Program-made: the position numbers and the translations under genes | Notes under the pieces: generated by a model | Database searches by the model: none | What the model was told of the DNA's origin: nothing | What the model saw: only the letters and a program-made list of their open reading frames with translations | Shown here: positions 25,045 through 36,858 of the stretch, piece by piece | How the letters are laid out: the number at the start of each line of letters is the position of its first letter | How positions within the stretch are numbered: position 1 is the stretch's first letter | NCBI GenBank assembly: GCA_965649765.1 | Contig: OZ287751.1 | Coordinates: 85,994,001 to 86,058,000 of the forward strand | Direction: 5' to 3' | Length of the DNA: 64,000 bases | Source: Bispira polyomma | Lineage: Eukaryota

Positions 25045-27332
25045 CAGCCTTTCGAGCATCTTTTTGCCCAATCAATTACCCACAAAAGGCTAGTTCATTC
25101 AAACTTATTACAATCCTTCTGGCAGGTGATATCGCGAAGTAGCCCTGGCCCAATTCAGTTCGGATTTAGAAATGCCCGCTCATTGCGGAATAAAGGCCCT
25201 GTCATGGTATTTTTGATGAAGAACAACTACAAATGTCAATTAGTTGCTACACATAGTTTTACATCTTTCGAACTCATCCTTGTCTCTGCTCACCGAAAAA
25301 CCACTGTTTAAATTTTGCAACAGTTTATCGGCCTCCTGGCTCAAGGTGTTCTTGAATCTTTCAACAGTTCTAGAATCTTGCAATCTTATCCAACACATAT
25401 ACTTCCTTACCCATATTTACTGGCATACACTAGACTGCCTGTTAACTCCGACTGACTTCAATAGTATCAGAAACATAAAAAACATTGTTTGCATCAGTGA
25501 TCATTTTTCAATATCCTGTGAAATTGATGCTCCCTCCCCGCCATCTTTTGATGTCACACAAATCATTTTTTGGCAATTTCAAAAAATCAATATGCATGAC
25601 CTTAGACGAGAGATGGCAAATACGGCCTTCGTCAAGTCTCCTGCCAATAATGCCGCTAACCTATACACACAGTACTGTGCCGACCTTCAGTCTCTTATAG
25701 AACGCCATGTAAATCAAAGACATTGAAGAAGCCTGCACTAGAGTGGATCATCAGTACATATAATGAAATGAAGGTGCTGCGCAGACAAGCTGAACCAACA
25801 TGGCGCTGGAAAAAAACTACCGCGAACAGATCAAGACTACGCCAATGCATCACCCGGTGCAACAACACTATCAATGACTCCAAACGTGTCTACTATGCCA
25901 ACATGATCTCAAAAAGCGAGGGTGACCCAAAAAAACAGCAGAAATTTAACAGAACCCTCCACCGTAAAAACAGACTACACTACCCGAAAATAGCAATAGC
26001 AAATCACTGGCAAACATTTTTAGTACTTTTTTCACTGATAAAATTACCAGAATCCGTGATGGTTTTTTATCAGCTGCCCCAAATGCCCCTTTACCAACAG
26101 CTCCACCAACCGTCTTCAACGGTTTCTCAACAGTAACTCTTGATGAAGTAAGGAAAATTATACTGGCATCACCCGTAAAATCCTGCTTGTTAGATCCATG
26201 GCCCACATTCCTTGTTAAGGAATGTATTGACATTTTATTGTCCTCAATCACAAAATTATCAACCTCTCGTTGGTCAATGGCGTCTTTCCAAATGATTTAA
26301 AAAAGGCCATTGTCAATCCTTTAATAAAAAAACCTTCTCTTCCAAGGGATGACCTGAAAAATTACAATCCTGTTACAGGCCTTTGCTATATCTCTAAGTT
26401 GGTAGAACGTGCGGTTGCCTTACAGATCAAACAACATCTTGACGTCAGCAATCTATCCAATAAGTATCAGTCATCGTACAAAAGTGGTCATTCTACTGAG
26501 ACTGCACTACTCTGCATAAAAATTGATGTTCATACATCTTTATCTAAAGGTATGCCTACTGCCTTAGTACTGCTGGATCTGTCAGCAGCCTTTGATACTA
26601 TTGATCACAAAGTTCTTCTTGAGTGCCTATCGTCTTGGTTCGGTATCAGCGGTATGGCGCTTAAGTGGTTCACGGCATATTTGTCTGATAGATTCCAATC
26701 GGTCAAAATTGGCAATATCTTATCCGACTGCAACTTTCTGTTCCATTCCTTATCTCGTAGTGATCTCAGACGCCTTCAGAATATCCAACACTCACTGGCA
26801 CGTATTGTGACCAAAACTTCTAAATTCTCCCACATTACTCATGTACTTAAGTCACTGTACTGGCTCCCAATAAAATCTTAATTAACAATTATATATAAAT
26901 TTCTAAATTCTGGATTACCCACTTATTTCAGCCCCCATCTATCCAAATATACATGCTCAGTCAGGACAAGGCGCAGTAACCCTGATAAATTATATCTTAA
27001 TATTCCCACTTTCGACCCTCGCATCCACAAATCCAAAATTCAGTTCAATCACTGCCTAGCTCATGATGGCCCCCTCATTTGGAACAGCCTACCTGATCAT
27101 GTTCGCCTGGCTCAAATTTTCTCCTCTTTCAAGAGTAAGCTGAAGGCTTACCTTTTTGAATAGGCTTTTCCACCTTAGCCGTCACAACTATTCAGGTAGT
27201 CATCCTGGTTACGACTTCCATCCACCCACTGATTTTTAATTTTCGATTAAAGTTTTGGTTTGTTGCGCCTTAGAATTTGTTGTACAAAAATTAAGCGCCA
27301 TAAAAGTACGACTAGATTAGATTAGATTAGAT
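25045..27332 (+). mobile_element. L2-clade LINE (element B) with 2A-like peptide, APE endonuclease and internally deleted RT
   Basis: LLAGDI..PGP, NARSLRNK, VYRPP, HTLD, SDH, DPWPT, DLSAAFDT, HITHVLKSLYWLP. 3' stem-loop and (TAGAT)n tail at ~27313-27332. Confidence 0.92.
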
Positions 27333-28738
27333 CTTTGGTCCGTTAGGCCTTGACCGCGGCCTAACCTGTGACCTTAGATTTTGGAGTGGTTGACCTTGGG
27401 AAATAAAAACTTCTGATTTTAGATATATTACTTTAATTTATAATAAAAACTACCTCAATGTACAGACTATGATTTTAAGGTTACTCAAACTTACCAATTG
27501 GTTAGGGCCACTTTAAAAGTCTGAGATTACTTTTACTTGTAAGCTTGATTTAAGAGCAACTTAATGTGTCAGTTTAAGTATTTGCAAACACTTACTTTAA
27601 GGTGGCCTGAATATTTGCTAGAAAGACACCAAAGAGTTGTGGAGTAAAAAACAACATGAGCAATATTTGATTTCTTAAACACTGTGATGCCAGAAAGAGT
27701 TTATCATGAACCTTCTATTTTTGTGTCGCATTTCAACTGAGTCAGGTCTTCTGTCAAACAGGATTATACTAAATTGCCAAAAACACAATTAAGGCTCATG
27801 TATATAGAAGGCTTTCAGTCAATGCGTGGTTGTAAAGTCTGTTTTTTATATCTGCACCAAATGATCTTGATGATATAGCTGTGTCTTATTACGTCTGCAA
27901 TAAAGAGCATTATTATCACACGATTATATTTACAATTGTGCTACACAAACAAAACTCCACTGGGAAACTCAAAGGGATCTTTCATGTACCAGCTGAAGTG
28001 TTATGATGTACAGTAGTGAAAAGTTTAGCTAAAAAACATTCACACATTTACAGTTTTTGTGAAGTTCACTGAATAAAGTTCCACTGTCCCCCACCCTCAT
28101 AAGCTAAAATCAATTAATAGTGAATAATTCCACACACGCAGGACGTTCTTTGTGCAGTTTTGACATAAGCGTACCATGTAAAAAAATATGTTTTCAAGAA
28201 AATCAATGAATGTGTGATATCCTACAATACACCATCAGCCTACTTCTGGGAAGAGTGGGTGTTTTATGTTATGTCATCGTGTGAGATCTGATCAGATAGT
28301 TCCATGTACTTCAGTAGCAGATGTTCTAGCGATGGTGCTCTCTCTATTGACTTTAATACTTATTCTTGTTCTGTTTATGTGCCTCTGTTCTCCTATTTGT
28401 GTTTAGATATGATTTAGCAGTTTCACCCACGAATCATTCAAAGAAGGCTAAACCTAATATAACTTAATTGCTTTGTATTGCATTGGAAAAACAGATGTTT
28501 AGAAATGTATTTTTTAAATGTCACAACATTATTGATTCTTGATGGCAAACTGTAACCGGATTAGGTTCCAGTGGTAAAATACTGCCATCATAAAAGAAAC
28601 ATGAAGAAAAGCTACAGCATTAATTTGCCACAATGAATATTTGGCCATTTGCTCCGAATATTATTTAATTTCTGGGAAATATTTCCATTAATACAGTAAC
28701 ACTCGTGGATGTCTAAGTAATGGCACTGCTGCATTTGT

Positions 28739-28900
28739 GGCAAATGCATTGGTTATGGGTTGTCATAACTATTGCAATTCTTTGTTGAAAAGTAGCAACA
28801 AAGTCAGTTTGGTAAGCCAAATGCATTGGTTATGGGCTATCATAACTATTGCAATTCTTTATTGAAAGATGTAGCAACAAAGTCAGTTTAGTAAACCAAA
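28739..28900 (+). repeat. Tandem duplication, ~80 bp x2
   Basis: caaatgcattggttatggg...agtagcaacaaagtcagttt repeated. Confidence 0.9.
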
Positions 28901-29596
28901 GGCAGTTTATACTTTTCTATCTTACCGTTGGGTATTGAAGACCATTTAAATATAACCTAAACATCAAAGCAATTACCGCTTCATGTAGCCACGCCACTTG
29001 AGTGGGGAAAATGTTGCAATAAAATGTATGATGACATATGGTGATCTATGTATTTTAGAAATAAATAAAAACCTTAACTTGGCACCACCAATAGCAAGCT
29101 GGACTAATTCAGGGTTTGAGACTATAGCCATTTTGGGGAATATCAGCACCTGAAAGTATCTGCTCAGCAAATTAACACTTTGTGTCAATTTTTAATTTAA
29201 AATGGTTACAGTTTGGTGCATCATACCATTAGTGGATATCAATCAAATACAAACAAGTTACACCAACAGAAACTCAAAAACATCTATTCTAATGTATCTA
29301 CTTTTACTTAGTGATGTCAACCAATCTGACAATATTAAATTGTCACTGATAACTTGGTCTTTGTGAAAGGCTTAAAAATAACAGTGTCACGGTAATGTGT
29401 AACACAAAAAATTTACAATCGTGTATCTTTTAGAAAGGCTAAGATATTAACAGAAAGCTTTTAGAGATTAAATGTTGTTTTTTCCCTCCGAGTTCAAGTC
29501 ATAATTTTCCATTTGTATTTTAGACACTAATTTATCTTCTTCCCCAGAATGACAAAATAACAAGTCTGCTGGGTATTATATAAAATAAAACATACT

Positions 29597-29602
29597 TTTA
29601 TT
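29597..29602 (-). terminator. Candidate polyadenylation signal of the TLC gene
   Basis: AATAAA on the minus strand ~245 nt after the stop codon. The context is AT-rich, so this is weak. Confidence 0.35.
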
Positions 29603-29846
29603 TTGCATACAACATTGGTCACTGTTCATAAATAACAAGAACACATGTAGTCTGTAGTTTGGGTGCAATTAAATGTGTGGTGAACATAACTTACTGGAAT
29701 TACTATAGGTTTTAACATAAAACAATGAGCCTTTAAGCACAGTAAACAAGTGCTGCAAGTAACAATAACCTAGTGGAGAAAATGACCTAGTTTATATATT
29801 AACTGTAACTTCTTCATTTCATTTAACTATATAAACCATTCATCGT

Positions 29847-30789
29847 TCACTTCTGAACTTCATTCAATAATTCACTTTCATCCGTGCACATTTGATTGCA
29901 ATGCCCAATCAGTGCTTTGTTGCAGTTTTTAGTATTTGTCCTGTCACAAACATCAGTATTCACATTAGAGATTTTATTCAAGAGGACCCTATTAGTCTTT
30001 CCAGTCTCTGCCGTGTGGAGGTCATTCTTTACCATCTTCAGCTGACTCTCCAGATCATGCACCAGGTTGACTGTTGGTAGCAACAATGGCCCTCGCTTGG
30101 GATATAATGTATTAAGTTTGATATTTTTACTGTTTATTAGCACTGGTCTACCCATTGTCTTTTTTCCCTCTTTCTTCAGAGTAGTATCAGTTTCTGCCAC
30201 TCTACATTTATACATATATTCTCCTTGTCTGTTCAGCTGATAAACCTGAAAGCCAGAAAAGAAGACACTGGCGAACCAGATCACAATTGCATTGACCAGG
30301 TCAGTGTTCTGGTCTGTGCTGACCATGTCATTCAACACATATAACAACAGCAGAGTCAAAGGCAGAAGCATTCTGAAGATGATGATAGCTACGAACTCCA
30401 CTACAGCAAAGTTTCGGCGCACCATCCTCCAGTGGGCCCTATTGATGAGTTTCATTAGCCTGTGCATGGTAGCAATGATGTTGCTCATTTCCATAATGAT
30501 TCCAATAATGACATACCACCAGTTGTGCCGGGTGAGCAGTATGGCAGTTAGGAAGAGAATGACCGCTGTGTGGTGTATCAGCCGTATGGCAGTACCTCTC
30601 TGGAAGAGCTGGCAGTGGATGATGATGCCACTTCGGAAGAGGTAGCGGGCCAGGTTGATGCAGACCACACAGAGGAGAGAGGTGGGTGGGCTGGTTGTGG
30701 TATCTAGATAGTCTTGAGGCCAGCGGAGGGTGATACAGGTATAGACTGTGAACACTATTAGTAAACTGTTCACTACTTCATCTACAACA
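29847..30789 (-). CDS. TLC (TRAM/LAG1/CLN8) domain membrane protein, last coding exon
   Basis: Acceptor tttttgtatttccag at 30790. Long open frame with raised GC. Several hydrophobic helices with LIHH, IMEMSN and IIFR motifs in TLC order. Stop TGA at 29849-29847. Confidence 0.8.
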
Positions 30790-30847
30790 CTGGAAATACA
30801 AAAATTCTAAACATGTATATATGTATGTGACTTTAGATTTTGCATTT

Positions 30848-31069
30848 GGGGCCCATTAATGAAAACCCTTTGCTTCATAATTACTAGTCTCTTACCAATG
30901 AGGGTTTGAATCTAGTTTGTTCAATCATGTGGGACAGTTTGTGATGTACTTGCCATAGGTCGGTGGTTTAAAATGGCTACAACACTGGTTTTCTCCAACA
31001 TTAAAGCTGACCATTGTGATATGACCTTAGCTTTTAAGGGCGACATAAAAGTCAACTTAAAAATTCAAA
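30848..31069 (+). mobile_element. SINE family A (intronic)
   Basis: Head, body tacttgccataggtcggtggtt and tail gatatgaccttagc. Confidence 0.8.
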
Positions 31070-32910
31070 ACCTGCATTGATCAAGTTGGTGTTACTCTTT
31101 ACTGTATGTCACCCTTTACTTATAAAGCCTTCCATAATGATCCTGGTTTGTTTGGCTACCGGTATCCGATAGTACTGGCGTGATGATGGAGGGATGGATT
31201 ATACTTGGATTTTAGAACAAAAGTAAATGCTTTACAATATAATCATTTATACACATTAGAATATAAAGAGGTGTTTGTTGTTTTTAGTGCTTTGACTGGA
31301 GCCGGTTGTCACAAGGAAAGTGTTTTAAAACTTGAGGTTATCATTTCGGTTTGGTTAATCTGGATTTTCGGATGAACAGGGGTCATATAAATGTACTTAT
31401 ATATAATTTTATATTCATAACTCACAGTATTTTGTTTACTGGATATTTCTACAGAATAATAAGAATCAAGATATGTGTCAAAAAATCAAGATATGTGTCA
31501 AAATAGACAAATCTAACCAAAAGATATATCCATTTGATTGGAGCTTTTGCCTATTAGTGAAAGTTAAATTGGAATATTTATCAAAGATATGCTAAACATT
31601 GGAAGAACTATGCACCTAGTATGACAAGATGAACCTCCTGTTAAAAAGTGTTTTATTCAAGATTCAGGGTATAGGTGGCAGGTAATTTGAATAAAAGGTT
31701 CTGTCAAGAAATCAAGGTGTGGTTCAGTAGATAGATAGATCTATTCACAGAATGATAGATCACGTCTTGGTTTTGTGCCATACACACTACCCTGTTGATG
31801 TGGCGTGACATTACATGTTCTTATAATGCAGATATCTTTGTAAGTCTGATATCTTGCAGTATTTTTATCTGTTGTGAAAAATATGAAAGTGTATAACATT
31901 TCCTGTACTTATGATTCCAGGAGTCATAGGTTTTGTTTGTTTGTTTTTTGTTTCGAGGTGAATCATCATATTTTATACTGTTTAAGTGAACATTTGGACC
32001 AGGGATTTATTGTAGCTAATGACCTGGTTAAAGCGTATAGTAAAAATCAATTTCCAGTGAAAATTTTTATTTTTATTAATTTTTAAACTAAAAATGGTCA
32101 ATAGTGTCAATTAATATTACAGAATTTTCTAAAAATAGTAAATTAGTGAACATTTCTGGAAAATATATGTTCTAAATATTTTAGAAACACAGTTATAGAT
32201 TTATTTCTAAGTGTATTAAATCAATCAAAAGTAAATGTAGTTATGAATTTTGTTCAAGAGTTATGAATTGAGAAAAATTCTAAATTGGTATCCCTGACTA
32301 TATTCATATTTGTCAATTATCATATGTGTTTATTCACATATAATCCCAAATGGGGCTAGGGGACTTAATATTCATGTAACCTATTCTTTTGTATATTACT
32401 TCATTATGATTACTATAATAAATGAATAATTAAACCTATACTACAATGGACTTCTCTAATTAAACTGACAACGATTTCTTCTCAGTACAGTGTTCATGAC
32501 GATATATCATACGTCATCCCAATATTGACAGATTGTATACAAATAACTAACACTTTACTACCATTATGTAAGGGTGCGGAGTGCTCTGCCAACAAGGAAG
32601 CTTAATTCTTATATTTATTTTATCGGGAACTACTTGTGTTGTGCATTACACCAGTTTTGTATTGACTTTTCAGCCTGTTATGTTAAGCAAGGTCTTTATC
32701 TGTTAGTAGTGGATTTTATAAGCATTTTTAATCACCAGATAAACCTTATTAAAGGTAAACCCACCAGAATATATTGTGAACATGTAAATATAAATTGTGG
32801 TTGTTAAATTCATGTTTATTGCAGCTCAAATAAAAAAACCCAGGATCCAACAAATGCAAAAATGCCAAACATTCATGTATATATATTATAATAATAATGA
32901 CTAAAATAAT

Positions 32911-33150
32911 CAAAGTAAATATGATTTCTTATTTTTTTTTAAAAACTTTTATATATGCCAATTCATTCCTGTATCAATCCTAACATTAGGTAATTTCAGA
33001 AAATCCTGTATGGGAAACAACCAGTAAAGGATTTACTACATAGAGAGAAGTAAATGTGATTTTATTATTTTACTATCCTATTTGCCAATTAATTCCTGTT
33101 TCAATCTTATCATTAGGTAATTTTCAGGAGATCCTTTTTTCAGGTAAAGG
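32911..33150 (+). repeat. Diverged tandem duplication, ~135 bp x2
   Basis: aagtaaat.tgattt...tgccaatt.attcctgt.tcaatc..a.cattaggtaattt occurs twice. Confidence 0.75.
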
Positions 33151-34029
33151 ATTTCCCCAATTATTTACATGACCCACTTTGCAAGGGTGGGGATTTTGGC
33201 TACCGGGGTGTTCCCTCCAGATGAACAGGACTGAAAAAAGGGGGACCTGTAAATAGAAACCACATATTTTACCACACTGTACAGTCGTAAACAGGTCCAT
33301 CAATTATCAGAATTTGTTTTTAAATATATGTCGAATATAGAAAATGTATTATTTTTAGATATAAAAACTGTAGAATTCTATCATGTTTTGAACTCGTCAG
33401 CAAATGCACTGCAGAAATTCCCCCCAAACACAACATATCACATAGAGTTTCCATTTAAAAAGAACCCCCCCACCCGCCTGCTCTGTTTTTATTACACCAA
33501 AAACATATTTATTGAATGCCAATTCTTCGACCTCTAAAACTGTTTTCACAAATACACCCTTTTACCTTTATAGACAGTTTTTTTTGTTTTTGTTTTGTTT
33601 TTTTCATTTACTCTTGTCTTAATATTTATCATTTAGATATAAGCTGATATTTTGTATACATTAAAAAGCCGGATATGTTTTTGAAGGATGCTTGTGCGTC
33701 TCGATGGGTAAATAACATTTTTGTAAATCAAAAAGAAAGATATGAAATGTCTTATTCTAAAGTTCCGGTGAAAAAATTAGCACGAGAATTACCTTTAAAC
33801 GTGTGTTTTATTTGTAACTTATGAAATTCCCCTTTGTATATTTTCATCATGCTGACGAATCGAATATCTTATTTTTATCATTTCCTAGGGCAAAACCACT
33901 CTATACATACAAATGATTTCATGTGGGAAATTCCCCACACAGTTTTTGGAATATCAAAACTGTTGAATATCGAAATATTGTCCAATGGAAATTAGTTTTT
34001 TTTGACTGGTATTATGTGAGTGAAGTTGT

Positions 34030-34170
34030 GGGGGGGGGGGGGGGGGGGGGGGGGCATTATATGACACAATCATATTAGGATATATAGAGACGACACACAA
34101 GTATATGATGTAATGAATGTTATTTTTATATATTCAATGTAAATAAATGTGTGTGTGTGTGTGTGTGTGT
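34030..34170 (+). repeat. G25 homopolymer and (GT)n microsatellite
   Basis: Directly visible at 34030-34054 and ~34148-34170. Confidence 0.9.
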
Positions 34171-34276
34171 TTAGGTTTGTAGGCTGATATCACCTTTATT
34201 GAGGGCTTATTACTTAACTTTACAATTTAAACCCTAGTACAGTCTGAGGTCGTATTGACAAAAGGTCATAGTCTTC

Positions 34277-34601
34277 ACTTACCCTAGGCTTCCTTTTAGC
34301 TGATCTCGACATAGGCAGATTTATTAAAATCCGAGTCGAGCTGACATCAGCCGATGTAGGGCTTCCTTTCAATTCGATATCTACTATGTAAAATGGTGAG
34401 AAACTTTTTTTTCAAATTTTGCTCCCGATTTTTTCAACTCACTGACCGATAAATTATGATGGGAGAACAGATGTCGGCCGATGGGAAATATGTTGAAAAA
34501 AAGCTGTTGGTAATATCAAATAATGACCAAAAAACATCGGTCGACGTCCGACGGCCTATGTCGGCCGGTAAAAATAGGCTAAAACGAAACCTAGGGTAAG
34601 T
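34277..34601. mobile_element. MITE (intronic)
   Basis: TIR acttaccctaggcttccttttagc / gctaaaacgaaacctagggtaagt, with CpG-rich gtcggccga internal motifs. Confidence 0.75.
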
Positions 34602-34719
34602 CTTTAACTTTAATATTTAGGTCTCACATATTTTTAACATTGCCTACTGTTACTTATAGTGTTAAGAGCAAAGTTAACAAAGATTGTTTCTTTCTATATA
34701 ACTTTCTTCTTCCACTTGT

Positions 34720-34972
34720 CAACCAACTGTTCCATTTCAGCTCCCTGAGCGACCATACTAGCCATACTGCCACATACGGTGCCCAAAGATGAACACCCGT
34801 TAGTCGGGGGGCCAGGTACCCATAATATACACATTAGGTAGAGAGCGGACCACTATGTGTAAAAAGTACTGTGTCCATGGAGGGGAAGGGGGGGTACAAT
34901 CACCAGACCAGCAGCTGAGGATAGAAACTGGACCCTCAAGATCCAAAGTCAGACACTCTAACCACTAGGCCA
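34720..34972 (-). mobile_element. CORE-type tRNA SINE (intronic)
   Basis: Minus strand has a tRNA head gtggcctagtggttagagtgtctgact..., then a CORE-like tccatggacacagtacttt...ctctctacctaatgtgtata..atgggtacctgg, then cagggagctgaaatgg. Confidence 0.6.
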
Positions 34973-35422
34973 CAATACACTAATATTATTAGATCCAGTC
35001 CCTCTGTTACTGCCTTCAGAAAGTCACCTCAAAAGTCACATTATATTAGAAGACGCCCAATACCAGGTAACGTTGTCCGTATGTCGCTTCAGCCTTAAAA
35101 TGTCAATATCACATGGCCTTTTTACATGTTTGCCACAATGAGCATAAAGGTTAATTAATATCCTTGGCATTAAATCAACTATTAAAAAAACAACATAAGT
35201 TTAAACCTCCACTAATTAATAATTCCAAATAATGAACACCTCCCTGCATGGACACTTTTTCCCTGGTCCCATTATGCCATCAATGAACTATGCAGTACGT
35301 CCGAATACTGACCACATCTTCAGAGTGAACATTTTAAATGACTAGCTCCCAAGAGCGGTCGCAATATGCAGGTTTTATATAGTGTGCATTGTTTAAAATA
35401 CCAGTAAATAAACAATACTTAC

Positions 35423-35658
35423 AGCAGTGAAATCTGTTTTTGTGAAGAAACCATCGATGACGTCACATGGATCACGTGACACGTCTGTAATACGGTCCAT
35501 AACAACTGCAACACCAACACCAGCAACACTATTAGGTTCAAGGTCATGGAAACGTACGCAATCACAATCAAGGAATATTCATTTTCGGATACATCACTAC
35601 TGTCGCACGCAATCGGCGTGCTGGAGTAATCTGGTTTATCAATAATATTATTAGCCAT
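35423..35658 (-). CDS. TLC-domain membrane protein, first coding exon
   Basis: ATG at 35658, a hydrophobic TM segment and donor GTAAGT at 35422. The phase-2 end (CT) joins the T at 30789, giving 1179 nt = 392 aa plus stop. Confidence 0.72.
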
Positions 35659-35854
35659 GCTGTATCTGTTATATAAATAACACTCAGTTGATATATATGA
35701 ATGTAAAGTAGATATTTATAGATAAGTTCTGCTTACATTCACATGAAACTTATAATTAGCAAAATGTGCTACACTAACAAACTTGTAAACATCCTAACAG
35801 ATACCAACAGAAAACTGTAGGTGATTAGTCAAAGACAGTTGTACCGCACTTTGT

Positions 35855-35917
35855 GAGTGAAATATCATTGCAAAGGTTTATATATAGCGGGTGTGTGTTG
35901 GGGGGGGGGGGGGGGGG
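35855..35917 (-). promoter_or_regulatory. Candidate TATA box and initiator of the TLC gene
   Basis: TATATATAAA (35886-35877) lies ~27 nt before TCACT (35860-35856) and is preceded by a C18 tract. A possible 71-nt 5'UTR intron GTAAG..TAACAG spans 35736-35666. Confidence 0.45.
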
Positions 35918-36569
35918 ACAAGGAAGTTTAAAAACCGAAAAATGCAAGTGTCTGTGTGTGTTCATACATGACAACAAAGTGCTCGATTACGAAAGAGAAG
36001 TTTGATTTAAATATAGAAAATTATAGTTTAACTAAATGTCATGATATCCTCCTTGTCTTTTTTTTCTATTCTTGCTAGATCAAGTGAATTATTTTGGATA
36101 ATTTAAATAGTATGCTGGGCGTTTCAGCAAACATATCAGCTTCCCCTTATTTAATATGTCTTCTTTTGGTGTTATTTTACAATTTTGTTTTTTAAGGAAG
36201 ATGAACTTTTAGCAAACAAAAAGCCGCATACAATGCTACATGTAATTATAAGTAGTGTTACAAGTGAACAAAATCACTTAATGTCTACAATATATTCAGT
36301 ATAAAATATATTATACAAATTGTTATACCAAAACAATTATGGCTCAAACCTGGTACTACATGGCATTTCTATCTAAACATATAATCCCTAGTTTATAAAT
36401 ATACTGGTGCTGTGCCACCAATGTACACTGGCTAAATAGAATGTAAACATGCAGTAATGATCCCATATAGTTGTATTAGTACAGTAGCACAGTGTCGTAC
36501 TATAAACTACTTTTTACATATTTCTCATTTTTTTTTTTTTTTTTTTTGTAGGATACATTACGACAGAAC

Positions 36570-36858
36570 TATTATTATTATTATTATAGATTTTTAACGC
36601 GCTTTATTGATGCTAGGCATCTTCTAAAGCGCAACAGCAGAATCATTAGTCCAATCATTAAGTCCATGGAAATTGCAAAGTCGTAAGGAAGGAAGTGGGA
36701 GCGTGCACGAGGAAAGCTAAGGTGGGTAGGCAAGGTTGAAAAGATAGGTTTTAAGCTTTTTCCTAAAACCGATAAGTGTGTCAACTGATCTGAGGTCAAC
36801 TGGGAGACTGTTCCATAACCATGGAGCTGCGGTGGAGAACGCTCTGAAACCCGCCTTC
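36570..36858 (-). mobile_element. L2 LINE short 3' end copy
   Basis: 3' stem-loop gcgctttagaagatgcctagcatcaataaagcgc and (AAT)n tail. Paralogous to 36859-37140. Confidence 0.8.

Noticed and set aside
30292-30645. Plus-strand ORFs 29892-30080, 30292-30645 and 35427-35645
   Set aside because: These are antisense shadows of the TLC exons.
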